Part shown: positions 1-10,386 of the stretch, piece by piece
Numbering within the stretch: position 1 is the stretch's first letter
Layout: each line of letters opens with the position of its first letter
Origin: an uncultured candidate division Zixibacteria bacterium
Lineage (GTDB): Bacteria; Zixibacteria; MSB-5A5; GN15; FEB-12
DNA length: 64,000 nucleotides
Reading direction: 5' to 3'
Assembly: GCA_963806185.1 (NCBI GenBank)
Contig: CAWDXE010000003.1
Span: 276,619 to 340,618 of the forward strand
Translations under genes and position numbers: made by a program
The notes under the pieces: model-generated
Seen by the model: the letters and a program-made list of their open reading frames with translations, nothing else
What the model was told of the DNA's origin: nothing
The model's database searches: none

Positions 1-542
1 CCCACGGAGGCCACCGATGCCGGATTGGTGCCATGTGCCGACTCGGGGATCAGGATCTTTGACCGATTTCGGCCCTTGTGCACATGATAGGCACGCATCA
101 CCAGAAGTCCGGCAAACTCGCCATGAGCGCCGGCTACCGGCTGAAGTGATATGTGCGGGAAGCCACTGACCTCGCTCAAGTACCGCTCCAGGTCCCACAT
201 TAACTGCAAACTTCCGGCCGAGGCCGAACAGGGGGTGAGCGGATGATGGTTGGCAAAGCCGCTATAGCTCGCCGCGACATCGTTGAGCTTCGGGTTATAC
301 TTCATCGTGCATGATCCGAGCGGATAGAAACCCTTGTCGATATGGTGATTCTTCACCGACATATTGACAAAATGGCGCATGACGGTCGGCTCGCTCACCT
401 CGGGGAGAGCCGCATCCTTGGCGCGACGGTATTTCTCCGGGATAGCGGAAAGAATATCCGCTTCGCCCTTCTTGGTCTCCGGCAAGGTGTACCCCTTCAA
501 TCCCGGGGCCGATTTTTCGTAAATCAAGATCTTTTCATTCAC
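1..542 (-). CDS. gcvPB: Glycine dehydrogenase (decarboxylating) subunit 2, N-terminal part; runs off the window
   Basis: Manual translation from GTG at 542 (GAGGA RBS): MNEKILIYEKS...GFYPLGSCTMKYNPK...SLQPVAGAHGE...PESAHGTNPAS, the standard GcvPB motifs. Confidence 0.95.
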   Translation of the reverse strand, partial: MNEKILIYEKSAPGLKGYTLPETKKGEADILSAIPEKYRRAKDAALPEVSEPTVMRHFVNMSVKNHHIDKGFYPLGSCTMKYNPKLNDVAASYSGFANHHPLTPCSASAGSLQLMWDLERYLSEVSGFPHISLQPVAGAHGEFAGLLVMRAYHVHKGRNRSKILIPESAHGTNPASVASV

Positions 543-581
543 TGCAACAAGTCCTCACACCGGCAAATTCCCGGTGATTCT

Positions 582-1446
582 CTATTTCTTCTCATCCGCC
601 TTAGGCGGGTTCTTCCATTTCTCTATCTGTTTGGCGACCCATTCGATCTCATCCTTCTCATTCGGATAGCGCTCGGCGAACCCCTCGAAATGAGAGATCG
701 CTTTCGCCGTGTCGCCCATACGCACATACACGAGGCCAACCCATTCATCGGCATTCACGGCAAATGACGAGTTGGGAAAGTCCTTCAAGACGCCCTGGAA
801 CAACTCCAGTGCTTTATCATAGTTCTTCGCCCGGCGCTGCATGTCGGCGATGGCCATCCGACTTTCGCCCGCCAGAGAGTCCTTCTCATTGACCGCCACT
901 ACTCTGCTATACCAGGTCATCGCGTCGTCCGGCATGCCGCGATATTTGTACTTGTCCGCAATCTTGAACGCGAGCTCCCGGCTGGAGTCAGCCTTTGCTT
1001 TGCCCAGCAGGTCGTCGAGCGTGCCAACGCCGTTGCGGTAGTCCTTAATCGTTTGCAAGAACTCCGGTGGAGGCAAGTACCCGACGATCCGATCGATTTC
1101 ATTACCCTTGTTATCCATCAGAACAATGGTGGGATACGCGCTCACCCGATATTTCTGGGCGATTAGAGTATCCTTCTCGGCGTTAATCTTGGTCAGCACC
1201 GCCTCGTTCGAAAAGTAGCTGATATTGCTGGAGTCTACGAACACGACCGTGTCCATCACCTTGCACCAGCTTCACCACTCGGTGAAAAACTTCAAGGCCA
1301 TCGGCTGGTTTGCCTGTGCCGCCGCCTTCAGTCCCTCTTCATATGAAGTATAGTATTGCGCTTTGCCGGCTGTGTTGACCAATTCGGCTGTCGCCGTTCC
1401 GGCGAGCAGAAGTGTCGCCAGAGTCACTAATCCCGGTCGTCCGCAT
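582..1446 (-). CDS. Exported thioredoxin-like (UxxC) + TPR protein; putative selenoprotein
   Basis: ORFs 1272..1511 and 582..1259 join in frame across TGA 1272-1274 (KFFTEW-TGA-SWCKVMDT). AGGAGG + ATG at 1446 gives MRTTG.. if one extra base near 1432-1434 is removed. Corrected length is 287 aa versus 288 aa for the adjacent paralog. Confidence 0.8.
1227..1270 (-). promoter_or_regulatory. Candidate bacterial SECIS stem-loop
   Basis: Starting 18 nt after the TGA: GGACAC-GGUC-GUGUUC hairpin (1254-1239), with a lower GCUGG/CCAGC stem (1270-1266 / 1231-1227). The Cys paralog has GGACACCGUGACAUUG here, which cannot form this stem. Confidence 0.7.
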
Positions 1447-1513
1447 GCTGCCTCCTGTAGCGAAACTCGCCATCTTTGCTCTATACCCGCGAGCGGCGCG
1501 GGTGCTTTCATCT

Positions 1514-2380
1514 TTACGACTTCTTGGCGTCCGCCGGTGCCGGCGGATTCTTCAGTTTGTCGATCTGTTTCTTGACGTACCCGATTTCTTCCGAATTCGG
1601 ATACTTGGTCAGGAACGACTCCATCTGCTGTACTGCCGCTGTCGTGTCGCCCTTTTTCACCAGAACGAGGCCGATCCAGATATCGGCGTTTTCGGCAAAC
1701 GGAGTACCAGCGAAATCGGTGGCCATGGCGCGGAAGGCGCTGAGGGCACCGTCATAGTCTCTCTTCTGGCGAAACATCTCGGCCAGCGCCATCCGGCTCT
1801 CCCCGGCCAGCGAATCCTTTTCGTTGCCGGTGATCACCGTCTGATACCATTTCTTCGCATCAGTTTCGGCGCCGCGGTATTTGTACTTTTCCGCGATCTG
1901 AAACGCCAGATTGCGGTCGGCATTCGTCTTGGTCTGATTCAACAGGTCATCGAGCGTTCCTTTGCCGGCCCGGTAATCCTTCACCGTCTGCAGAAAGTCG
2001 GTCGGCGGCAGGTAGCCGACGATGCGGTCGATCTCGTTTCCCTTGCCGTCGACCAGGACGACTGTCGGATAGACGTTGACCGCATACTTCCTGGAGATCA
2101 GAGTATCCTTCTCCGCATTGGTCTTAAACATGACCATGTCGTTTGTGAAGTAGGCGATGTTATTGGCCTCTACCAATGTCACGGTGTCCATGACCTTGCA
2201 CCAGCTGCACCAGTCCGTGTAGAACTTGATGGCGATAGGCTGATTCTTTTGGGCTGCGGCCGTCATGGCCTCATCGAGATTGGTGTAATAGGGTGCGTGT
2301 CCGGGTTCGGAAACAAGTTCGGCCGATGCCGCACAGCAGAAGGTGAGCATCACCAGCAGAACCAGTGTCAACGTACGCAT
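1514..2380 (-). CDS. Exported thioredoxin-like (WCSWC) + TPR protein
   Basis: Signal peptide, KFYTDWCSWCK thioredoxin motif, YPT cis-Pro loop, IVGYLPP, and helical TPR/YbgF-like C-terminus. Confidence 0.9.
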   Translation of the reverse strand: MRTLTLVLLVMLTFCCAASAELVSEPGHAPYYTNLDEAMTAAAQKNQPIAIKFYTDWCSWCKVMDTVTLVEANNIAYFTNDMVMFKTNAEKDTLISRKYAVNVYPTVVLVDGKGNEIDRIVGYLPPTDFLQTVKDYRAGKGTLDDLLNQTKTNADRNLAFQIAEKYKYRGAETDAKKWYQTVITGNEKDSLAGESRMALAEMFRQKRDYDGALSAFRAMATDFAGTPFAENADIWIGLVLVKKGDTTAAVQQMESFLTKYPNSEEIGYVKKQIDKLKNPPAPADAKKS

Positions 2381-2411
2381 ACCGCTTCTCCTTCGTATCG
2401 TGCAGACAGTC

Positions 2412-2787
2412 TCATTCTTCGTCTTCGTCCATCAGTCCTTCGCCCAGAACCGCATCAAGAATCGCCTCGGCGTCGTCACGGAACTCCCGGGGAACCAGAA
2501 CGGCCTGCCCGAACAGCGTTTGCTGGGGGAGCATCGGCGGCCGTGCTCTGTCCGCTATTGGCGAACTGGGCGGAGAGAATCATGCAAGGGATGTTGCTGG
2601 CGGTGAGGGCGTCGCGGGCTATGCCGGTTTGCACGTCATTGACCATGAACCCAACCTCGACCCAGGAGTCATCGGGAATGATCGCCGCCGTCTGGCGTGG
2701 TGACCGCTCCACCAACGGTCGATGGCACTCCGGACAGGTCATGAGACCGGCCTGATATTCATGGGAACATTGGGTGCAATATACCAT
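2412..2787 (-). CDS. Zinc-ribbon + DUF2007-like (PII-like fold) protein, frameshifted
   Basis: MVYCTQC...CPEC N-terminus. The C-terminus continues in another frame after the G-run near 2525-2529 (VLVPREFRDDAEAILD...EE*). Paralog of the next ORF. Confidence 0.65.
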
Positions 2788-2792
2788 CGACT

Positions 2793-3140
2793 TTACTCTT
2801 CCTTGGGCTGCCACTGCTCGCCGAGGGCCATGGCCAACAGCTCTTCAGCTTCCTCGGCTTGATCGGCCGGAACTGACACTTCAAACGCCGCCGATTCGCT
2901 GCGATAGATCGGGTTGAGCGGTAATCCGGCATTGCCGAAAAAGCCCGATCGCGACATCACAACGTTTGGTATCTCATACGAGGTCAGCACTTCACGGGCA
3001 AAATCGGCCGAGAATTTGTCCAATACGTATCCCAGCACAATCCACCCTTGTTCTTCACTATCGTCCATCGCCGTCCCGCAGACGTGACATGTGGTCGTCC
3101 CTTCTCGCCATTCGTTCTTACAGGCGGGACAAGACACCAT
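2793..3140 (-). CDS. Zinc-ribbon + DUF2007-like protein
   Basis: CPAC...CHVC, then A(D)FAREVLTSYEIP and EVSVPADQAEEAEELL, a typical DUF2007 pattern. Confidence 0.7.
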   Translation of the reverse strand: MVSCPACKNEWREGTTTCHVCGTAMDDSEEQGWIVLGYVLDKFSADFAREVLTSYEIPNVVMSRSGFFGNAGLPLNPIYRSESAAFEVSVPADQAEEAEELLAMALGEQWQPKEE

Positions 3141-4477
3141 TGTGCGCCAACTCCTTCAAGCCAACGACCAGGCGCGCCACATCGCCCGCAGTGCGCTTCT
3201 CGGTGGTCGCAACTATGAGACAATTCTCCAGACCAGGATACCAACGCCCGGCGTCGATTCCGGGCAGAATCTTCTTATCGCGAATCATTGCCAGGATAAC
3301 CTGCTCCGCGGGGACGGGGGTCCTCACCGCAAACTCCCTGACAAACGGCCCTTTGAAGTACAATTCGAAGCCATCCAGCTTGCCAATGTCCTTCGCTGCA
3401 TTCTGGGCGGCCTCGGCAGATAACAGGGCGACCTGCTTCAGCCCGGTCTTGCCCAGTAGGCTCATGTAGACGGACGCGGCGGTCGCACACAGAGCCTGAT
3501 TGGTGCAAATATTGGAGGTCGCCTTTTCGCGACGGATATGTTGTTCTCGAGTTTGCAGGGTCAGCACGAATCCGGTCTTGCCGTCTACGTCCTTGGTGCG
3601 TGCGGCCAGCCTTCCCGGCATCATGCGGACCAGCTCTTTCTTGATGGCAAAGAAACCAAGGAGGGGACCGCCGTACGATGGCGAAATGCCCAATGGCTGT
3701 CCTTCACCAAATGCGATGTCAGCACCGCAGTCAGCCGGCGTCTTGAGAATCGCCTGAGCGATCGGGTCAACGCTCATGATCAACTTGGCACCCACCTTGT
3801 GAGTGATGGTGGCGACTCGATCTATTTCCTCCAGCAGGCCAAAGAAGTTCGGCTGGCCGATCAGTACGCAGGCTGTGTTCTCATCCACCGCGTCTTCCAG
3901 TCGATTCAGATCAGTCAGACCGTCTTTCATCGGGACAGTCAGGATCTCAAACGGGCGGGCGGACAAATAGGTGTCAATGACCTGCCGATAGACCGGATTG
4001 ACGGTTGCCGATACGACAATTTTCTTGCGCCGCGTCACGGCATGGGCCAAAAGAACCGCCTCGGCCGAAGCCGTTGCCCCGTCGTAAAGCGAAGCATTGG
4101 CGATATCCATGCCGGTCAGCCGGCAAATATGAGTCTGGAATTCATAGATCGCCTGCAACGTGCCCTGCGCGACTTCAGGTTGGTAGGGCGTGTAGGCAGT
4201 CATGAACTCGGGGCGACCGATGATCGTGGCTAGCGCCGCAGGAATAAAATGATCATATACGCCGCCGCCGGCAAAACAGGTCAGCCCGCGTCTGGTTCTG
4301 CTCCGAAAGTTGCTTGATTTCATCGAGCAATTCCATTTCGGACAGAGCCGGTATGTTCAGGGAACGATCGAGACGCAGATTCCCGGGAATCGCCTCAAGC
4401 AAGTCCTCGAACTTCTTGACGCCGATCCGGCCGAGCATCTGCTGACGGTCCCGATCGGAACTCGAGATAAAGGCCAT
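3118..4477 (-). CDS. gcvPA: Glycine dehydrogenase subunit 1 (one frameshift near 4300)
   Basis: FAGGGVYDH, TAYTPYQPEVAQG, NASLYDGA, TLQTREQHIRREKATSNICTNQ. The N-terminus MAFISSSDRDRQQML is in ORF 4253..4477. Confidence 0.95.
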
Positions 4478-4539
4478 GGTGTCTTGTTTCTCTCTTTCGC
4501 TTCCGCAGCATTGCGCGGAAGATGTCCCAGTTCAGCGAA

Positions 4540-4925
4540 TTAGTGTTCTGCCACTAACTTCTTGTAACTGTCAGCCGTAAGCAATTGTTCTACTTCAGCG
4601 CGGTTGGCCACCTCGACTTTGATCATCCACCCGGAGCCATACGGATCCCGGTTGACGACCATTGGATCGCCGTCAAGTGCGGAGTTGATTTCGATCACGC
4701 GACCGGCCACCGGAGCATACATCTCCGATACCGCCTTGACCGCTTCAATGGTGCCGAAATCTCCCCATCTGTGCTCACCTGGTCGCCGATGCCCGGCAAT
4801 TCGATGAACACAATATCTCCCAGTTCTTTCTGGGCAAAATCGGTGATGCCGATGGTTGCGGTATTGCCAGTCACGCGCACCCATTCGTGCTCCTTGGTGT
4901 ACCTCAGCTCAGATGGAATATTCAC
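4540..4925 (-). CDS. gcvH: Glycine cleavage system H protein (one frameshift near 4765)
   Basis: [19 protein letters not shown], and lipoyl-lysine motif IEAVKAVSE, split over two ORFs. Confidence 0.95.
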
Positions 4926-4967
4926 GAAACGCCTCCTCGACTATCAGAATCGGTAATGGTCTGCATT

Positions 4968-6405
4968 TCAGCTTCCGGCCCTGTGGTCGCTGTCACTCCC
5001 GGGTGCTTGCTCCCCTTTTTTTTTAAGGGTGACGGCCGTTTTCGGGGCCGGCAGCACCACTTTCTGGAAATGTGTCTCAACAAAAGAGGTGTCATACTTG
5101 CCGGCAACGAAATCAGGGTCCTGGAGTATCTGCTTGTGGTATTCGATGGTCGTTGGCACGCCCTGGACTACAAATTCGTCGAGCGCATGCCGCATTTTCA
5201 TGATCGCTTCCGGCCGTGTCCGCGCCCGAACTATCAGCTTGGCGATCATCGAATCGTAGTACGGCGGAATCACATACCCGGCGTAGATGGCCTTGTCGAC
5301 CCGCACGCCCGGTCCGCCCGGAATGTGCATCGCCTCGATGCGGCCAGGGCCGGGACGGAAATCATGTTCCGGATCTTCGGCATTGATCCGACATTCGATG
5401 GCATGCCACTTGGGCTGTCAATTCGGCCTGGTTGAATTCGATCTTCTCGCCCAGCGCGACCCGGAACTGCTCGCGGACCAGGTCGACCTCGTACGCTTCT
5501 TCGGTAATCGGGTGCTCGACCTGGATACGCGTGTTCATCTCCATGAAGTAGAAACTGCCGCTCTCGTCGACCAGGCACTCGATCGTGCCGACGCCGAGAT
5601 AACCGATCGACCGGCAGGCCAATAGCGCTGCCTCACCCATCCGCTGACGCAGTTCCGTCGGTCATGAGCGGCGACGGCGTTTCCTCGATCAGCTTCTGGT
5701 GGCGACGCTGGATCGAGCAATCGCGCTCGCCGAAGTGATAGTAGTTGCCGTGCTTGTCGCCGATCACCTGGATTTCGATGTGATGCGGATTGACGATGAC
5801 CTTTTCGAGATACAGATCGGGATTGGAGAAGGCATTGGCTGCTTCGGTCGAGGCGATATGGAAAGCCGCGTTCGAGTTCGGACACATCGCGACAGACGCG
5901 CATCCCCTTGCCGCCGCCGCCGGCGACCGCTTTGAGAATCACGGGATATCCGACTTTCTCGGCGATCTCGGATGCTTCTTCAAAAGTGGCGACCTTGCCG
6001 TCGGATCCGGGTATCACCGGTACGCCCGCTTTGCGCATGGTCTCTTTGGCCGCGATCTTGTCCCCCATGGTGCGAATCTGCGTCGGGCGTCGGGCCGATA
6101 AAGGTAATGCCGCAAGATTCGCAGATTTCGGCAAAGTCGGCGTTTTCGGCCAGGAAACCATACCCGGGGTGAATTGCGCCGGCGTTGCAGACTTCGGCCG
6201 CCGAGATGATTCGCTTGAAATCCAGATATGACTGGGAGGAGGCGGGCGGACCGATGCAGACGTCTTCATCGGCAAATCGGACGTGCAGGGCATCGCGATC
6301 GGCTTCGGAATAGACGGCCACCGTCGCGAGGCCCAGTTCCCGGCAGGCGCGAATGATACGTAGGGCGATTTCGCCGCGATTGGCAATCAATACTTTGTTA
6401 AACAA
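4968..6405 (-). CDS. accC: Acetyl-CoA carboxylase biotin carboxylase subunit (several frameshifts)
   Basis: [57 protein letters not shown] and [10 protein letters not shown] in consecutive frame fragments. Confidence 0.95.
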
Positions 6406-6591
6406 AGAGTTTACCTTACTCCCTTCGGCTGATTTCTACCGCTGTATACGCAGCGTAAGCGGAAAGTATAACACATGCACCACATCATCACAAGCCCCAA
6501 TGGCAAAATTGGCCGCTTCGTCCGCGTCGCAGTCAACCATCTACCTGACAATGAATTGCACGAGAAATGAGGACTCGCAGAAGTCGAGCAT

Positions 6592-6624
6592 AAAAAAAGC
6601 CCGGCACACGTGGGCGGTCGGGCT
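6592..6624 (-). terminator. Intrinsic terminator after pilT
   Basis: AGCCCG...CGGGCT stem followed by a T-run on the minus strand. Confidence 0.6.
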
Positions 6625-6645
6625 GCATTGTCATGTCGGATCCAA

Positions 6646-7807
6646 TCAGAATTTGCCCAAGCGTGTTCGGCGAATCGCGATCGTTCTCGCTCGCCGGCCC
6701 CCTTTGTCGCCGCCGTTTCGTCCCAACGATCGGCCGCCCCGGTGATCCCGTTCAGCCGCAGATCGAAATCGTCGGGGTTGGTGGCGCTGTTGATCGCCTC
6801 TTCAAACGAGATCATACCCGGCTTGTGCAGCTTCATGATCGCCTGATCAAATGTCTGCATGCCGTACTGCGACTCCGCCCTGGGCCATCAGCTCCGGAAT
6901 ATCGGCTGTCTTGTCCGGCTCGATGATGCAGTCACGGACTGCGGCGGAGTTGATCATGACTTCCAGCGCCGGGACTCGACCGGGCATATCGGAGCGCGTC
7001 AACAGGCGCTGGCAGACGATCGCCTTGAGCGTACCGGCCAGCAGCAGACGAATCTGCTGATGCTGGTGCGGCGGGAAGAACGAAATGATACGGGTGATGG
7101 TCTCCACCACGTTCAGCGTGTGCAGCGTGGTCAGCACCAGGTGACCGGTGTCGGCCGCGGTCAGCGCGATCGACATCGTCTCCAGATCACGGACCTCACC
7201 GATGAGGATAACGTCGGGGTCCTGACGAAACGCGTGACGCAGCGCCGAGGCAAAAGTCTCGGTATCGCCGCCGACTTCGCGCTGGGAGATGATCGATTTC
7301 TTGTCGCGGTAGATATACTCGATCGGGTCTTCGACGGTCAGGATATTGCACGACCGGTTGGCGTTCATTTCTTCGATGATCGCCGCCAGCGTGGTCGATT
7401 TACCCGAACCGGTGGTTCCGGTGATGATGATCAGGCCGCGCTGTTCCGAGGCGAGTTTCTTGATGATCGGCGGCAGATTCAAGTTCTTCGAACGACGGCA
7501 CCAGCGTGTTGACCGCACGGATGGCGATACCGGTGGTACCGCGCTGGCGGAACAGGTTGATACGGAAACGGCCCAGTTTCGCCACCGAAAGGGCGAGGTC
7601 CATTTCGTTCTTGCGGTAGAATCGCTCGAGCTGCTTTTCGTTGAGGATCTGCTGTACGATCTGATCCATCGTGTCGATGGTGATCGGATCGGTAGCGATC
7701 TGCTCGAGCATACCGTTGACCCGCAGGTGCGGACGGACGCCGACGCGAATATGCAAGTCGGAGGCCTTGCGGTTGAGCATCTCAACCAGCATCTGCTTGA
7801 GATTCAT
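6646..7807 (-). CDS. pilT: Type IV pilus retraction ATPase, PilT/PilU family (frameshifts; 3' end approximate)
   Basis: ASDLHI, GRFRINLFRQRG, GTTGSGKSTT, TVEDPIEY, RQDPDVILIGEVRD, TGHLVLTTLH, MQTFDQ. Confidence 0.9.
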
Positions 7808-7849
7808 GGACGTCCCTTTCGCTTGCGACGAAGTCAGACGAGAGAGGGA

Positions 7850-8340
7850 TCAGCCGTTGGGATCAATCAAGAACAGGACTTGGCCGAATTCGACTGGTTT
7901 GCCGTTCTCAACGAGACATCTTGACGACGCGCCCGCTCACCTCTGATTCGATCTCGTTCATCAGCTTCATCGCTTCGACGATGCAGACCACCTGTCCGGC
8001 GGTAATGCGCTCGTTGAGCGAGACATACGACGGGGCGTCCGGCGCCGGCGCGGCGTAGAACGTTCCGACCATCGGTGACTTGATCTCCACATACCGGCTC
8101 GTGTCTTCACCCGAAACCGGGGCGGCAGGGGCATTGGGCGCAACCGGAGCAACAGCGACCGGAGCATGGCGCGTAGGCCGCCGGGGCCATGACCACAGGC
8201 GCGCTCATACCATGCCCATTAGAGTTCATCGGCGATTTCCGCATGATCTTGATTTTTCGACCCCAGCGGGAAACCTCGAGCGACTCTATCTCCGATTCTT
8301 CGACCAGTCGAATAAGCTTCTTGATATATTTGTCATTCAT
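7850..8340 (-). CDS. accB: Biotin carboxyl carrier protein (two frameshifts)
   Basis: MNDKYIKKLIRLV N-terminus, IKSPMVGTFY, biotinyl motif EAMKLMNEI, and C-terminus VENGKPVEFGQVLFLI in another frame. Confidence 0.93.
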
Positions 8341-8445
8341 ATTGACGCTCCTTACCTGCCGCAGCACCAACCAACCCTCCTGCCGGGGCAGGCAATTGCA
8401 ATCCAGAGAATGCCTTGCAGGGCATTTGAGTATACCCGCCGGGTC

Positions 8446-9519
8446 TTATAGCTCCAACAATTTTTTTTCGGCCCGGTTGAGCACCTGGCCGCCCGTCCGG
8501 GTCACCACGACATCGTCTTCAATCCGGACCCCACCCCATCCGTCGAGGTAGATTCCGGGTTCGATAGTTACTACATTGTTGACCTGCAGCGTGTCCTTGG
8601 AAAGCGACGAAACCCTCGGTCCCACATGGACATAGTAGCCAATACCGTGACCCGTGCCATGACCAAAATGCTTGCCAAAACCTGCCTTCGTAATAAGGGT
8701 ACGGCAGGCGGCATCAACATCCTTCCCCGGCACTCCGGCCTTGACCTTCTTTATACCTGCCAGCTGAGCCCTAAGTACGATATCGTAGATTTTCTTCTGT
8801 CGGGCGTTGGCCTTCCCTACCACCACCGTCCGGGTAATGTCCGAGACATATCCATTGAAAGTCGCCCCGAAATCAAACGTAATAAAGTCCCCGTTTTCGA
8901 CTTTTTTGGGCGAGGCGACCCCGTGAGGCATCGCCGAACGGTAGCCGGACGCGACAATCGTCTCAAAGGCCGGCTTCTGCGAACCGAGCATTAGCATCTG
9001 ATATTCCAGCTCTGCCGCCAGTTCGCTCTCCCTCACTCCGGGACGCACCAGATTCAAAATCCGTCCAAAAGCTGTGTCAGAGATTCCGCAAGCCTTCTTG
9101 ATATTGGCAAGTTCGACGCTGTCTTTCACCCATCCCATGTCAGCCAGCAGGGTGTCGGCGGAAAGGAGTATGGCGTCGGGAAGAGTCTTCTGCAGTCGTT
9201 CACGCGCAGACACGGTCAGGTAGTCACCCGCAAAGCCAAACTTGAGATTCTTGCCGTGGAGCGGCGCGACGTCCTTCAATCCACCCAGTGCTTCGCCGAC
9301 AGCCTGGCTAATCTTGGCCGCCTTGACCTGCTGTCGCGCCTGATACGTGAAGCGCGAGTCGGTGAGAAAGAAGGCTGCCGTGCGCGTGATCGCCAGCACG
9401 CCGGCGTCGCCGGTGAAACCACAGATGTACCGGATATGGTCGGGGTGCGTGATAATGAGGCCGTCGAGATTTTCCTGCTGCATTTTCTTCCGCAGCACGT
9501 TCATGCGTAGCTGTGACAT
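8446..9519 (-). CDS. Xaa-Pro peptidase, M24B family
   Basis: Creatinase-like N-terminus, DFGA...SDITRT, HGTGHGIG, TIEPGIY, GGVRIEDD. Confidence 0.93.
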   Translation of the reverse strand: MSQLRMNVLRKKMQQENLDGLIITHPDHIRYICGFTGDAGVLAITRTAAFFLTDSRFTYQARQQVKAAKISQAVGEALGGLKDVAPLHGKNLKFGFAGDYLTVSARERLQKTLPDAILLSADTLLADMGWVKDSVELANIKKACGISDTAFGRILNLVRPGVRESELAAELEYQMLMLGSQKPAFETIVASGYRSAMPHGVASPKKVENGDFITFDFGATFNGYVSDITRTVVVGKANARQKKIYDIVLRAQLAGIKKVKAGVPGKDVDAACRTLITKAGFGKHFGHGTGHGIGYYVHVGPRVSSLSKDTLQVNNVVTIEPGIYLDGWGGVRIEDDVVVTRTGGQVLNRAEKKLLEL

Positions 9520-9522
9520 ACT

Positions 9523-10170
9523 CTAGTTGTCCTTCTCTTTCAATTTCGCCTCGGCGGCGGCCAGTTTTTCGGCCAGGCGCGGGTTAGTCGATGTGGTGTG
9601 GAGACGGCGGTATACCTCAACCGCGTGGCGCGTGTGTCCCTGCGCCAGATAGAGGTCGGCCATCGTCTCGGTAAAAAACGGAATGTCGGTGTCGGCCAGA
9701 CCTCGCACCGATATCGTCGTTGTCTTCGGTGATACCGGCTCTTCCGCTCGGGTCAACACGATTGTACGCGTTTTTGATTCGCGGGGTTGCAGGTTGCAGT
9801 GAAGTCCGGCAGAATGCGGATCGATTTCGAAAATGCGCTCGTAGTTGGCGAGGGCCTGCCACTGGTCCCCCTGGGCGAACTGGATGTCAGCGAGCATCTT
9901 GATGGCGACCAGATTCTCCGGGTCGCGCGCGAGAATTTCGTAACACTGATCGGCGGCGAGTTCGAGCTGCCCGGCCCGGTGCAAGGCTTGCGCATATATA
10001 ATGTGGGCCGAGAGAGGGGCGGACGGTTCGTTCAGGTGCTCTTTGCACATTTCGACGACTGCCGAGATAGACCCGTCGCGCAGAAGGCGGGCCGCCTCGG
10101 CCGGCCAGTAGTTTGAGAGCGACGGCTCGTCGAAAGGTTGTTCGCGTTCTATATCCAAGTCGATGGGCAT
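9523..10170 (-). CDS. Tetratricopeptide repeat protein
   Basis: TPR-like helices and C-terminal TETMADLYLAQG motif. Start codon uncertain. Confidence 0.75.
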   Translation of the reverse strand: MPIDLDIEREQPFDEPSLSNYWPAEAARLLRDGSISAVVEMCKEHLNEPSAPLSAHIIYAQALHRAGQLELAADQCYEILARDPENLVAIKMLADIQFAQGDQWQALANYERIFEIDPHSAGLHCNLQPRESKTRTIVLTRAEEPVSPKTTTISVRGLADTDIPFFTETMADLYLAQGHTRHAVEVYRRLHTTSTNPRLAEKLAAAEAKLKEKDN

Positions 10171-10362
10171 TGGGGTAAAGAAATGGTAAGAGCGGAGAGA
10201 AAGCAAGATGGGGGGATCGAATCGACTCGTACCCCATCCAACGGATGGGTTCGATTTCTCTGGCTTTCACCTTACGATGCTCGACGGACAAATATCCACG
10301 CGATTCTGGTCGTCGGTGATTCCACTACAGAGGACTATACAATGGGAAAACCAGAGAAAGAA

Positions 10363-10386
10363 AAACCCACCTGATAGGTGGGCTAC
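10363..10386 (-). repeat. GTAG-type REP-like palindrome
   Basis: Minus strand reads GTAGCCCACCT-ATC-AGGTGGGTTT: a GTAG tetranucleotide followed by a palindrome. Single copy in this window. Confidence 0.45.

Noticed and set aside
582..1511. Two separate short genes, or a nonsense pseudogene
   Set aside because: The fragments are in frame, align continuously with the intact paralog, and the stop falls exactly on the catalytic Cys with a SECIS-like hairpin after it.
1412..2755. Long plus-strand ORF (447 aa) and similar antisense ORFs across the dcw cluster
   Set aside because: They are shadows of well-supported minus-strand genes and have no recognisable motifs.
3118..8340. Programmed frameshifting or true pseudogenisation of gcv/acc/pilT genes
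   Set aside because: Indels are scattered, affect normally essential genes and cluster at one end of the window, which fits sequencing error better.
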